DNA of 64,000 nucleotides from Octopus vulgaris. Lineage: Eukaryota. The notes beneath the pieces were generated by a model that was not told the origin of the DNA, did no database searches, and saw only the letters and a list, made by a program, of their open reading frames with translations. Shown in pieces: positions 13,213 through 27,135 of the stretch; position 1 is the stretch's first letter, and the number at the start of each line of letters is the position of its first letter. The position numbers were made by a program, and so were the translations under genes. The stretch covers positions 41,602,001 to 41,666,000 of the forward strand of contig OX597832.1 in assembly GCA_951406725.2 (NCBI GenBank), written 5' to 3'.

Positions 13213-13381
13213 TATGTATTGATCTAAGTGTTATCTGTGTGCATGTGTGTTAGTGAGTATATTTCTGGATATATACCTGTGTATGTAAATGACTGCATTG
13301 TATATTAGTGTTTATGTGTATTAGAGTATATTTCTGAGTGTATGTATATGTATGAGCAACTACATATACTTGTGTGTATAA

Positions 13382-13420
<39 letters not shown>

Positions 13421-13664
13421 CACTACCTGTCCACTTCACCAACACTTAACCCCAATAATTTCCCATGGTGTTGTAGTTTCTGAATAAATGTGCATAAGAC
13501 TCTTGGAGACTTAATAATGTTTCTTCAAAGACAGTGACCAACTTCTGCTCCACTTCAGTGAATATATCAGTAGTCTTCAAGTGTGAAAATTCCATTCAGT
13601 CTCATTTGGTAAAGTCAGAAAATAACTTGAATATTGGAATGGGCAGACGGAGTGAAAGAGAGAA

Positions 13665-13708
<44 letters not shown>

Positions 13709-13779
13709 GGTAGAAAGGGTAATAGAGAGTGACTGATCGTGGGGTAGATAGAAAATGATAGAGAGAGATATTGAAAGAT

Positions 13780-14382
<603 letters not shown>

Positions 14383-15723
14383 AAAATTGAGAGAGGAAGA
14401 GAGATAGAGAGAAATGGAAGTTGCCAGACAAAGAGAGAGATTGAAAGAGACAGGGACAGAGAGAAAGAGAGAGAGAAAGAGACGTGGGGGAGAGATTTTG
14501 GTAATATTCCCAGACAAAACAATAGAAGTCATTTAATAAAAGAATGTCAAAGACAGAAATATTTCCTTGGTTTGAGTTGTAGTGGTGGTTGTGGTTATGG
14601 TAATGGTAGCAGCGAGAGAGATAGTGGTGGTGGTGGTGGTGGTAGCTATATTGGTAGTAGTTGTAGAGATGGCAGTAGTGGTGGTGGTGGTGGTGGTGGT
14701 ATTGGTATTGGTTGTCATAGTAGTAGTAGTAGTAGTAGTAGCATAAACGATGAGAGAAGAAAAGCAATCACGCAAAAGGAAAAGAGGATGAATGCTGCTG
14801 CTCATGTTGATGATGATGATGATGATGATGATGATGTTGGGGAAAAAGAGAAAAGAAGGTGAAGGAGGAAGAGGAGAAGTCGGAGAGTGGCATATACTTC
14901 TGAAATGATATGTAGATTATTTTGACAACTGAATGATTCCAAGTGAATGAGACAGCTGTAGTAGTAGTAGTAGTAGTAGTAGTAGCACAGTGAGCCAGTA
15001 TTGAACCATTCACGTCACATCACTGAATGCTTGAGAACCTGGTCATTAGAGGGTGCATCTCTAAAATAATTATAGTTGATAAGCACAACTACAGCTTTTA
15101 ACCTTTCACCTCAGCCGTCTTTTAAATTGCTGGACACACACTGAACTGGAAAACGTGCATGTCATAAGAGGCTGCAGCTAAAGTGGATGGCATCGGGAAG
15201 CCCATCCAGCTGTAAAACACTGCCTCCAAGACAGCTTGGAAAAGTGGACAGGAAAGTGGTGGTGGTGGTGATGATGATGATGACGATGACGATGGTGATG
15301 ATGATGATGATGATGGTGATGGTGATGATGATGGTGATGATGATGATGATCAGCCAAAGCCTATTACATAAATTGATATGTGATCTTAAGCAATATACAA
15401 CAGTCCTTCACCTTCACCTTCTCATGGATGGAACCAGTAACTCTGTTGTTTCACAGTTGTTGTTAGAGCTTAACCCCCACCCCACCAGGTTGATCTGGTT
15501 ATGAGATGCTTTGGCGCAGCTGTTTCGGCCTCACCTATTTGGCATCACTGATTCAACGCAGACTTATTTGACCTCAGACATCTTAATGTTTTTCTCTCTC
15601 TCCCCGCTCTCTTTTTCTGTTTATGTGTATAAATATATTTCTCTTCACATAAATGAGTGTTAATACCAATCAGGTTTAATTAATAATTGTAATGTCTAAT
15701 AATAATAATAATAATAATAATAA

Positions 15724-16224
15724 ATGCCCTGATGCAGTACCAGGCAGTGGCTCACATGGCTCCTGATCTTAACTGATTGGAATTGGTATCATGTACACTG
15801 TTTTGTCTTGGTATAAAAGATGGGCTACAAGCAAATAGTTTGCTCCATACCACAGATTTGCTTGTCAGTTGCTTGATCTTAACCTTAGTAGCTGATGATA
15901 TGTGCAACTCTGATCATGAGCAGAAGTAGTGGGGGAGCATTATAGCCATGTGTTGAGAGAAATTCTTTGGGATTTGAATAATTCACCTCTGGTAACATGA
16001 GTGTTTTGTTCGTCATGCCAAAACATACTGTTGCTAAATCAAGTTCAATGTCCAGTCAGCGGTGTCAAATCGTTAGTCTCCAAACAGTTATATAATATCA
16101 CCATTTTGCACACATGGTTGTGATGCATGTGCTCTTATCAGATGGGGTAGTCATGGTGGGTATATTGGGCTTCGTATATTTTAATCCAGTGTTACTTTGA
16201 TGGCATGTGCTGCTCTCTCACTCA

Positions 16225-16225
<1 letters not shown>
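15724..16225 (+). mobile_element. Probable retroposon/LINE 3'UTR fragment ending in (AAT)n
   Basis: Complex sequence bracketed by (AAT)n on both sides; single copy here, class inferred only. Confidence 0.4.
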
Positions 16226-16300
<75 letters not shown>

Positions 16301-16341
16301 TGATGACAACAATAACAATAATAATAATAATGATGATGATG

Positions 16342-16372
<31 letters not shown>

Positions 16373-16392
16373 CAACAACAACAACAACAATG
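16226..16392. repeat. (AAT)n/(AAC)n microsatellite
   Basis: Direct reading. Confidence 0.95.
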
Positions 16393-16759
16393 AAATAATA
16401 AAAATAAGGAAGTCACACCATGGTAATAATTGATAATAAAGGATCCAGATATAAAAATGTGGTCATTATAGAGGCCATAACAAGAATAATCATTCTCTGA
16501 TAGAATTATCTCTAACCTTTAACCTTTACCTTCAGGTGAATTTGTGTTTTAGAGGAAATGGAACATTTATTCATTTTATTTGTATTTTATATCACAATTA
16601 ACGAACAATAAGGTCATAAGTTACAGGTTTTCAGCAGATCAGTCAATGGTTCATTGCACTTCTGATAGAAAGTGTGACATGGGGAATGTCTGTAATTCTG
16701 TGCCGAACAAATGCCACAAAAGACTTCATTTGAGAAGCACCAGGTTTTTAGTACCTTAT

Positions 16760-17147
16760 TCTTTTACTCTTTCACTTGTTTCAGTCATTAGATTGTGGCC
16801 ATGCTGGAGCATTGCCTTGAAGAATTTTAGTCGAATGAATCAACCCAGTACTTACTTTTTTTAAAGCCTGGTATTTATTCTATCGGTCTCTTTTGCTGAA
16901 TCACTAAGTTACAGGGATGTAAACACACTAACACTGGTTGTCAAGCATTGGGGAAGAGATAAACACAGACACAAAGACACACTCACAATAGGCTTCCTTC
17001 CGTTTCCATCTACCAAATCCACTCACAAAGCTTTGGTCAGCCCAAGGCTATAGTAGAAGACACTTGCCCAAGGTGACAAGCAGTGGGACTGAACCCAGAA
17101 CCATGTGTTTGGAAAATAAGCTTCTTACCACAGAGCCACACCTGTGC
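16760..17147 (-). mobile_element. Family A SINE, older and diverged
   Basis: Colinear with family A but with more substitutions. Confidence 0.85.
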
Positions 17148-17642
17148 TTATGTTTTCTTGACAAGATTTACATTCCTGACTGATATTCATTGATGAAAGA
17201 TACACATATGGGGTGGGGAGGCAAGTAGATAGATACACATACATAAATTGGTACCTTGAGCAAGTGTCCCTCCCCAACACACACACAATGTATTTTAGCA
17301 CAGAATTTTTCCACCCACCAAATTCTACTCTTCTGTTATGTGTAGTAGAGGCTCCAGTTGATGACATTGATAGTGTAGTGAACTTCTTAACCACATCGCT
17401 ATGGATGTACCTGCAAGGTTAGCTGATAAAATAAGGTGGTCACTGCTTCTAATTATATCAAACTTCTTCCTTTTTTATTGTAAGTTCAAATCATACGAGA
17501 GTCAATTTCACCTTCCCTATATTTTGACAATGATTAAAAATAGGCAATCAGTCAATCTCTATCTATCTCAAACAAAAAGAAAAACAAATCAGAAAAATCC
17601 TTCATTTCCTTTTGCCTAGTCAGAGGAGAAACCAATGTACCG

Positions 17643-17847
17643 ACAGAATTGCTAGCATACCGGTCAAAATGTTCAGCAGTATTTCATCTGTCTTTACATT
17701 CTGAGTACAAATACCTCCAAGATCGACTTTGCCTTTCATCCTTTTGCAGTAGATAAAATAAGTACCAGTTGAGTACTGGGGATGATGTAATCAATTAATC
17801 TCTCCCCCAAATTGCTGGCCTTGTGCTAAAATTTGAAACCAATATTA
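17643..17847 (+). mobile_element. Older family-B-related SINE (Nin/Deu-like core, different tail)
   Basis: gactttgcctttcatcc..gataaaataagtaccagttgagtactgggg..ggccttgtgctaaaatttgaaacc; many degraded relatives. Confidence 0.8.
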
Positions 17848-18443
17848 TCAGATAGAAATTGAGGGCCAGTCAAGCCAGGAAGTACCATTGTAAACAAAAA
17901 GATTATAATTTAAAAGCAGGTATACTGTGGCTTTACTGAAAAAGAAACAAACCAAGGATATTGTCAACATAGTTCTTGCAGACATTCACACGCAGGTCTT
18001 CATGATGAACGTTGGTCACATCAGTCTCCTTTATGTGGGAGGGAGGGATTACCGCAAAATCAAAGGCACTGCACCACCCCTTTCTCTGACACTAACTTAT
18101 GAAAAGAAAAAAAAGATCCAAGCAGAATCTAACTATAAACAGCTGTTCTTTGCTGAACCCCTGCATCAGATAGAGACAAAACAAGCTTCTGTGAGTAGTC
18201 TTCAAGTGTGATAAGAGGAGACAGCTGTATGTGTCAATAAAGAAGCAGTGAACTATAAAAGTCAAATATATTTTGACAGTAATATCCGAAAATGCCAAAT
18301 ATATTGATGTAAACAACACAGTGAAGGAAAATTAAAGACAGCCAAATGAAAAACATGAGCTAATAAGGGAACCACTTATGCACTCGCTTGATCTGCTGAA
18401 AATAGCAGCCATATCTTCTTCAGATCACACACAACCAATTTAC

Positions 18444-18796
18444 TTTTCAAACTCCACCCGTCTAACACCCGTGGACATATTTACAAAGTCAGAAAACAGC
18501 ACAGCTCCCATGACTTCAGGAAACATTATTTCATGCTGGGAGTTGCTGAAGCATGGAACAAACTGCCGGCATCAGTTGTTAGTTGTCGGAGCACTGCATC
18601 CTTCAAAACTTCCATGCTTTCTGAGATTCGCCAACACTACACCTGATTTTCTCCCCTCCATACACAAGCAAGCATGTATCTGACTCATACATTGTTCGCT
18701 TTCCAGACATTTGTACATTACTGCATATACTCTGACAAGTTGTGGTGCACCTGAGCACTCTATACAATAATTTCATTATTATTTATTATTATTATT
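18444..18796 (+). mobile_element. CR1-clade LINE 3' fragment
   Basis: Translates SNTRGHIYKVRKQHSSHDFRKHYFMLGVAEAWNKLPASVVSCRSTASFK (TRGH...WN.LP..VV..FK), then a 3'UTR and (ATT)n tail. Confidence 0.9.
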
Positions 18797-19147
18797 AAAT
18801 AAGGCATGACACAATGCATAAAGGAATTCTGGTTACATTATGTTGTTAAAAAGGAGAGTGGGGGTTGTCATGGTAGGGACACCTTTGATTATAAGTCTGC
18901 TTGATCAGGACTGACCTGCAACTAATCAATAACAAAAATAGGGATATTTTAACTAAACCCAGGTGGCTATACCTTTTCTTCATAGCCACCTATGTTTGTA
19001 GACAGTTGAACAGAATACTTTTAACAAAAAACAAAAAAAAAAATTAAATGATAGCATTGTAGCTGTGGGTGGACCCCCCTTAGTCTCCTGGCAACCAATA
19101 TTTTGGATATGTACATACAGATATGCAAAAGTCTGGGATGAAAATAT

Positions 19148-19440
19148 GCTTGGCATTAGGAAGGGCATCCAGCCGTAGAAACATTGCCAGATCAGACTGG
19201 GCCTGGTGCAGCCTTCTAGCTTCCTACCCTGATGTAATCTCCAGGGATACAGGCATCCAGCAACAGGACCTCCGTAATGCCATGATGGACCGTGAAGTCT
19301 GGCATAGCATGGTAAATTCCATTGTCTCAACCATGGTCGAACAATGATGATGATGATCTAGCTTCCCAGACCCCAGTTGAACTATCCAACCCATGCTAGC
19401 ATGGAAAGCGGACGCTAAACGATGATGATGATGATGATGA
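19148..19440 (+). mobile_element. Family C 3' half, interrupted by an RTE insertion
   Basis: Family C sequence resumes exactly after the TSD. Confidence 0.88.
19225..19356 (+). mobile_element. RTE LINE 3' end nested in family C
   Basis: Translates YPDVISRDTGIQQQDLRNAMMDREVWHSMV; (GAT)n tail; 10-bp TSD tctagcttcc at 19215-19224 and 19357-19366. Confidence 0.9.
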
Positions 19441-20019
19441 GTAGGGTTTACTCGCTTCATCACTGAAGATTTTGAACTATGACACAGTGACATTTGAACT
19501 ATGACATAGTGAGGTAAGAGTACGAATTATTGTATGGCGTGACATGTCTGCAATATCAGGGTAGTGAACGATTCGACTATAAGCAATCGAATGTTTTATG
19601 CTAACTTATCAATAAAAGTTAAAATAACCTATCCTCAATAGTAATATATTTATCAACACTTAATCATGTCTAATTTCAGCTAATCAATCATGAAGGAGGG
19701 AGGAATAAGTTCATGCTGTGGGTTAGTTTGAGTTCAATTATCTTATCTGATGAGACAATTGAAGTGACTTATTTGATAACATCCACAGTATATGCGCAAT
19801 AAGAGTGGAACAAGCATTTTAACCACTTAAAAATGCCACTTCTGAGATAAAAGAAATTCAGGATGACTAAATACACAAGTATACATATTGCAAAAGTTCT
19901 GGCTTAATATCTCTTTTATAACATCCCCTATTCCTTCACCTTCTACCTTCACACCAATTCTCCAACCCACTCACCTTTATTTAGCTCACAGATTTGCTCT
20001 ACAGTAATAAAGTTTAGAC

Positions 20020-20250
20020 CCGGTGGTTCTTAACTGGGGTCCATGTAAGATTTTGTTGTTAAAATTTATATGTAATAAAATCAAATTATACTTCTGTAAG
20101 ACAAAATATTTCAACAATTTATTTTTTGACAATTCCTAATAACATTCCAATATAATAAGATTTTTTAAAACATCTACTGGTTACAAGGGCCCACTTGAGT
20201 AAAATAGGAATCGAAGGGATCCATAGGTACAAAATGGTTGATAACTATTG
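20020..20250. mobile_element. hAT/Charlie-type MITE
   Basis: Degenerate TIR ccggtggttcttaac / gttgataactattg; perfect 8-bp TSD gtttagac at 20012-20019 and 20251-20258. Confidence 0.85.
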
Positions 20251-20374
20251 GTTTAGACAGTTCTGCAAAATTTTTGGATTTATTTGAACTGTTGAAGTAA
20301 ACCTAACCATAGTCATCACTCACAAGCAAGTATGGCTTTCCTTTACTTATTTCAGTAAACAATTAAACTGGTGT

Positions 20375-20448
20375 TGGTGGGGCACTGTAGCCTTGGTGGG
20401 GCACTGTGGCCTTGGTAGGGAACTGTGGCCTTGATGAGGTACTGCTTT
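20375..20448. repeat. 19-bp tandem repeat, about 4 units
   Basis: ttggtggggcactgt(a/g)gcc units. Confidence 0.85.
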
Positions 20449-20487
20449 GATGAATTTTAGTTGAACACACCAACCACACTACATATA

Positions 20488-20770
20488 TATTGCACCTAGA
20501 AAGCTACCCTCCGAGGCACAAATCCAGGTTAGGCTGTTTATGGAAGACCAGCAGTTCTCCATGTGCACCAGCCTCCCGTCTCCATGTCACCAATGTTATC
20601 CAAGGGAAAGGCAAAGGCCGATACAGCTTGACACCAGTGACATCACAACTCATTTCTACAGTTGAGTGAACTGGAGCAATGTGAAAGAACACAACACACA
20701 GCCCAGTCAAAGAATTGAACTCATTACCTCATGATTGTCAGCCTAATGCTCTAACCACTGAGTCATGCAC
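20488..20770 (-). mobile_element. Family E SINE
   Basis: Reverse-complement match to 9476-9830. Confidence 0.8.
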
Positions 20771-21214
20771 CTGCCTGCCTACCTACTTATTTATCTATAT
20801 ACATATATCTATATCTATTTATATATATATGCATATACATATGTATATACACACACACACACACACATACACACAACAAGCTTCTTTTAGTTTCTGTCTA
20901 CCAAATCTACTCAGAAGGCTTTGGTTGGCCTGAGGCTACGATAGAAGACACTTGCCCAAGGTACCACACAGTGGGACTGAACCCAGAACCATGTGGTTGG
21001 GAAGCAAACTTCTTGCAACACAACCACACCTGCACCCATGTACAATGATTTCACTAACTCATTTAGGTACCTAAGTCATTGTTGTTGTTGTTTAGCCCTA
21101 GGCCAGCTCTGAATAAGCAATCTATCATCAATGGTGCTGCAACCATGACCAGGACATCACCCAATTGATGACTTGTAGGCATGCAGTATTTGGTTATGCA
21201 ACCAGGATAAAGTA

Positions 21215-21430
21215 TATTAACAATTGCAGCGTGGAAGGTGTTTATAAGCCATTTAAGAAACACATAAAAACTGTTAGATTCACTTCAACATTTAAATTTA
21301 ATTTGTCAAAATATTTTTGTCGCTTTGAGACCGCGACCTGTTCACTGACAAAACTTTGTGCTGCAATTGTTTTCGTTCCAGCACACGATCTCAGATCAAG
21401 TCACTTGCTATGCAAGTACATCTCCGTAAA
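21215..21430. mobile_element. Probable Penelope-like pseudo-LTR fragment with internal inversion
   Basis: aacaattgcagc at ~21219 recurs inverted as gctgcaattgtt at ~21360; hammerhead-like remnants (gtcgc..gcgac stem; cgaaa) on the minus strand. Confidence 0.5.
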
Positions 21431-21985
21431 GTATATTAAACATTTTTATAAGTCAGTACTGTGTTCTAAAGTGCTAGTAGTGCACTTTACATCACTTGTT
21501 AGGGTCATCTCTAAAGATAAACTATAGAAAGCTAGCACAGATTTTTGATACAATATTTCATATCTGAGATACAAAAGGTAACAAAAATCAGTGTTGGCTG
21601 TAATTTCTATAGGATATCTGTATAGATAACCCTAACAAGTGATTAACCAATGGTCCTTACATTTTTGAGACAGTAGAGTGGAATTTGTAGTAGTTTGGTT
21701 GCTATTTCTTGTAAGTCAAGCAACCACGTAGAAGTTCTCTTGTCTAACACGTATGCATTTGTGTGTGTGCATGCTTGCACACATGTGTATGATGATATAT
21801 ATATATATGATGATGATATATATGCACGTATGTATATATATATATATGATAATATATATGTATGTATGTATATATATAACGGGAAGGTTTACGAAAATAA
21901 ACAAAAGACGAAGGCAGGTGGAGTACAAACACATATATATGTATATGCATATATATATATATATATGATGATATATGTATGTATG

Positions 21986-22024
<39 letters not shown>

Positions 22025-22551
22025 CTACATGTGTGTGTTGAGTGCACATGTATGCATGTATGAGTACATGTACAAGTTTATGTGTTCTGCAATGAAACAT
22101 GGCACCATTCCATAATTTCATGGATGATGTCTTGCCAAGATAAGACATGCTCTATTACACAGTGTTACTGCACCATTTATATTGACTAGTACCACCACTA
22201 TAAGTACCATCATCACCACTACCATTATCTCTACTACTTCTGTTGCCTCAGCTGCTGCCATCACTAGCATTTCTGTCATCTCCGTACCATTACCCAAACT
22301 ACTTACTTCAAGGAAACTTTTTTTGGCTATGAATAGTCTGGTTAGATTTATTAAGTCAAATAATATACAAAAGAAAAAATAGTCACAAAGGCCAGGACAA
22401 TGATTGTTTGGTATAAAGTAGTACAAAGCTTTAAAACCTAAAACTTGGAAAGAAGGTTAATTTTCAACCTGATTATTCCCCTGTCTGACTCTTTCACTCT
22501 CTGTCTATCTGTCTGTCTGTCTGTCTCTGTCTTTCTTTCTCTCTCTCCCTC

Positions 22552-22590
<39 letters not shown>

Positions 22591-22591
<1 letters not shown>

Positions 22592-22999
22592 CTCTTTACT
22601 CTTTTACTTGTTTCAGTCATTTGACTGCGACCATGCTGGAGCACCGCCTTTAATCGAGCAACTCGACCCCGGGACTTATTCTTTTGTAAGGCCAGTACTT
22701 ATTCTATCGGTCGCTTTTGCCGAACCGCTAAGTGACGGGGACATAAACACACCAGCATTGGTTGTCAAGCAATGCTAGGGGGACAAATACAGATACACAA
22801 AAACACACACGCATATATATATATATACATATATATGACGGGCTTCTTTTCAGTTTCCGTCTACCAAATCCACTCACAAGGCTTTGGTCGGCCCGAGGGT
22901 ATAGTAGAAGACACTTGCCCAAGGTGCCACGCAGTGGGATTGAACCCGGAACCATGTGGTTGGTAAACAAGCTGCTTACCACACAGCCACTCCTGCGCC
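22591..22999 (-). mobile_element. Family A SINE, young full length
   Basis: Near-consensus, CpG retained. Confidence 0.93.
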
Positions 23000-23139
23000 T
23001 TTATGCTTGTATGTATCAATTAATTGAGATTATGCTCTTGTATTTGCCAAACGCTTTACTAAAGAGTAAGTATGTTGACTTCTGTTAACTGATTATTAGT
23101 TTTATTATGCCTACATGAAATCATAATAGATAAATATAA

Positions 23140-23301
23140 GGTGCAGGTGTAGTTGTGTGGTAAGAAATTTGCTTTCCAGCCACAGGGTTCCAGGTTCCGT
23201 TCCACTGTGTATCATCTTGGGCAAGTGCCTTTTACTATAGCCTTGGGCTGACCAAAGCTTTGAGAGTAGATTTGGAAGACAGAACTAGCAAGAAGTCTGT
23301 C

Positions 23302-23305
<4 letters not shown>
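23140..23305 (+). mobile_element. Family A 5' half, diverged
   Basis: tRNA-like head and cttgggcaagtg body. Confidence 0.75.
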
Positions 23306-23346
<41 letters not shown>

Positions 23347-23349
23347 GGA

Positions 23350-23475
23350 TCACAAATGGGATCCAAGCACTGCAACACTAATGGAAGAAGTGTATGAATG
23401 TAAGATGGTCTATGTTGAAAAATGAACCTCATTTGGTCACTCGATTGGCCTATGAACTTTTCAGCCAACCCTTGT
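23350..23475 (+). mobile_element. mariner transposon 3' remnant
   Basis: GIQALQH*WKKCMNV..YVEK-like mariner C-terminus, followed by the TIR-like aacttttcagccaacccttgta. Confidence 0.65.
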
Positions 23476-23757
23476 ATGTATCTATGGAAGTGTGTGTGTG
23501 TGCACACATATATATCTACATATCTACAAAGTGTCAACAGATGAGATCCAGAGATGCTCAATATAGAAAACATTTAGTAGCGCTTAAATGGTTTCAACCT
23601 ACATTCCAAGATCTTTACTAAGGACTAAATTCACAGGGTAAAGAGTGGCTATAAGAGGAATCCAGAAGAGCAGATATGGAGATAATGATGCAAATGAACA
23701 AATAAAACCACTTGGGCTAGATTTACAAAATATACATACATATATATATATATATAT

Positions 23758-23967
23758 ACTCTTTTACTTGTTTCAGTCATTTGACTGCGGCCATGCTGGA
23801 GCACCGCCTTTAGTCGAGCAAATCGACCCCAGGACTTATTCTTTGTAAGCCTAGTACTTATTCTATCAGTCACTTTTACCGAACAGCTAAGTTACGGGGA
23901 CGTAAACACACCAGCATCGGTTGTCAAGCGGTGTTGGTCGGACAAACACAGACACACAAACATATAC

Positions 23968-24017
<50 letters not shown>

Positions 24018-24179
24018 GACGGGCTTCTTTCAGTTTCCGTCTACCAAATCCACTCACAAGGCTTTGGTCGGCCCAAGGCTATAGTAGAAGACGCTTGCCC
24101 AAAGTGCAACACAGTGGGACTGAACCCGGAACCATGTGGTTGCTAAGCAAGCTACTTACCACACAGCCACTCCTGCACC
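23758..24179 (-). mobile_element. Family A SINE, full length
   Basis: Near-consensus. Confidence 0.93.
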
Positions 24180-24683
24180 TATACATGTAAACAGAGAAAA
24201 AACAAAAACTGAAAGATTCATGCATAAATATACCGATTTTATATATTAACACAGCAAACTTACACAGCGGACAACGACTCAGAAAATTAAGGGGAGCAGG
24301 TAGGGCATTACAAGTGCAACAACTATTTCTGGGGGGCTAAGAATTACTTCATAATGTTGGCAGATGTAGTTTGCAAAAAGTCAAGGCTATGCAACTGGTA
24401 GTGGAAGCATATAAACATTAGGTAAAACTAGCTTCTGTCTTCAGGGTGGAGAGATAAGTTAAGTACATGAATATTCATGTCCAAATATTTTCAGAATTTG
24501 TTTTTTTTCTTCTCTATTTATATAATTACATGTATGTATATTTTGTATATCTTGCCCAAGTAGTTTTATTTGTTTATTTACATCATTATCCCTGTATATG
24601 TATAAACATACATACATTGTACATATGAATTACATATACACACATTACATTATATATACAATTACATATACGAATTACATATA

Positions 24684-24844
24684 GGCGCAGGAGTGGCTGT
24701 GTGGTAAGTAGCTTGTTTACCAACCACACAGTTCCGGGTTCAGTCCCACTGTGTGGCACCTTGGGCAAGTATCTTCTACTAGAGCCTCGAGCCGACCAAA
24801 GCCTTGTGAGTGGATTTGGTAGACAGAAACTGAAAGAAATCCGT

Positions 24845-24884
<40 letters not shown>

Positions 24885-25109
24885 TGCGTGTGTGTGTTTG
24901 TGTGTCTGTGTTTGTCCCCCTAGCATTGCTTGACAACCGATGCTGGTGTGTTTATGTCCCCGTTACCTTAGCGGTTCGGCAAAAGAGACCGATAGAATAA
25001 GTACTGGGCTTACAAAAGAATAAGTCCCGGGGTCGAGTTGCTCGATTAAAGGCGGTGCTCCAGCATGGCCGAAGTCAAATGACTGAAACAAGTAAAAGAG
25101 AGTAAAAGA
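24684..25109 (+). mobile_element. Family A SINE, full length
   Basis: Near-consensus; inverted relative to the 23758 copy. Confidence 0.93.
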
Positions 25110-25574
25110 ATATACACACACTACATTATTTATTGATTGCATATATTATACTGCATACAAGCATTAAATAAACGCATTGCATTCATACATTGCACGTATA
25201 CATTACATAATATATCACTCACATATGTTGTCTGTATATATAACGTACATATATTGCATGCATAAATCACATAGAGAAAATAGTGTAATAAACATGTCCC
25301 TCTACAGGCAGTCAAATAGGCAGTCAAAGGGACACAAAGGAACATGATCCCACGAATTCATGAAGGCCCATACACCCATGTGCCCATTCAAAACACCTGG
25401 TCTGAAATATCTAACAAATTCATAAATGTCATATTAACTTGGGTGTTACATCTATTTCAGAACAGTAGGGAGTGTGTGTGTGTGTGGGGGGGGTTGTTAT
25501 GATGGTGTTGGTAGTGGTGGAAGTGGTCATGACGATGATTGTAGTGGGGGAGATGTCGGTAGTGGTTGTGAGGT

Positions 25575-26021
25575 GTGGTAATGGTAGTGGTGGTGGTAAT
25601 GGTAGTGGTGGTGGTAATGGTAGTGGTAGTGGTGGTGGTAGTGGTAGTGGTGGTGGTAATGGTAGTGGTGGTGGTAATGGTCGTGGTGGTGGTGGTGGTG
25701 GTGGTGGGTAGTGGTAGTGGTGGTGGTAGTGGTAGTGGTGGTGGTAATGGTAGTGGTGGTGGTAATAGTAGTGGTGGTGGTAATGGTAGTGGTGGTGGTA
25801 ATGGTAGTGGTGGTGGTAATGGTAGTGGTGGTGGTAATGGTAGTGGTGGTGGTAGTGGTGGTGGTAATGGTAGTGGTGGTGGTAGTGGCAGTGGTGGTGG
25901 TAGTGGTAGTAGTAGTGGTGGTGGTAGTGGTAGTGGTGGTGGTAATGGTAGTGGTGGTGGTGGTAATGGTAGTGGTGGTGGTAGTGGTAGTGGTGGTGGT
26001 GGTGGTAATGGTGGTGGTGGT
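25575..26021. repeat. (GGT/AGT/AAT) triplet-based satellite with 18-bp superunit ggtaatggtagtggtggt
   Basis: Direct reading; the Gly-Ser and Pro-Leu ORFs are artefacts. Confidence 0.93.
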
Positions 26022-26140
26022 TTGAAGTAAAAGAGGAAGTATAAAAGGCTAGTAATAGAACAAGGAGTGGTGGGAGGAAATATCACAGACACACATCTCA
26101 CACATATAGATATATAGATCTATATCTTAATGCACACACA

Positions 26141-26197
<57 letters not shown>

Positions 26198-26304
26198 CTG
26201 TACACTTACATTTATACGCAATCATTTTTGTTTCTTCTTTCTGAATACCCTCCTTCTATACACATGCTTACACACACACACACACATTTACAACAAACAC
26301 AAAA

Positions 26305-26353
<49 letters not shown>

Positions 26354-26949
26354 CATACTCCTTCTAACTCCTACCAACACTCTGCACTCCTCCCCACCAA
26401 TCTTTCTTCCTGCAACCTCCACCCTGACGCAAACACTGTTGCTACGTCTCACCACAACTTCCCTCACCAGACAGAAATCTTAGCATCTCTCTTATTATAT
26501 AACACATTCTTTATCTTCTCATTAACCTGCAGATCGTCAAGAATAACACACTAGCATCAAATGTGCTAGTCTAAGTAAAGGTTAATTTAAACTATTTACC
26601 TAATTTTCATACTGGTTTTTTTTGTTTTTTCTTTTTGCATCACATTTCATGTGGTGCATTCAAAGGTTGTCTGCAGGTGTAATTATAGGAAGCATAGAAC
26701 AGTGAGAGCCGAAGAGTTAAGTATAAATTGAATAGCTGTATGCGTGTGAGTGTATGTAACAGTGCTTATTTGTGAGTGTGTGTGACTGTGTATGTATGTA
26801 TGTATGAGTGTGTGTATAATTGTGTATGTGTATGTATGTATGTATGAGTGTGTGTATAATTGTGTATGTGTATGTGCATGTGTTCATATATGAGAGACTG
26901 TACGTGTGTGTGAATGAATGTGCATACATGTGTGTGTGTGTGAACATAT

Positions 26950-27135
26950 GTGTGTGTGTGTGTGTATGTGTGTGTGTGTGTGTGTGTGTGATCATGTGTT
27001 TCTGTGTGCATGCATGCGTACAGACAATTATGTGTGTGTGTGTGTGTGTGTGTATGTGTGTGTGTGTGTGTGTGTGATCATGTGTTTCTGTGTGCATGCA
27101 TGCGTACAGACAGTTATGTGTGTGTGTGTGTGTGT
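26950..27135. repeat. ~87-bp tandem duplication within a (TG)n tract
   Basis: gatcatgtgtttctgtgtgcatgcatgcgtacagaca occurs twice (~26990 and ~27077). Confidence 0.88.

Noticed and set aside
17920-18210. 94-aa plus-strand ORF, or a possible decayed LINE endonuclease on the minus strand (LTEAC, RGGAV)
   Set aside because: Motif matches are too degenerate and interrupted by stops to call either way.
20375-20448. Short direct repeats superficially like a CRISPR array
   Set aside because: No unique spacers, eukaryotic context, no cas genes.
25457-26101. Pro-rich or Gly-Ser-rich ORFs resembling structural proteins
   Set aside because: Triplet satellite with a frame break near 25706 and no credible splice sites or signal peptide.
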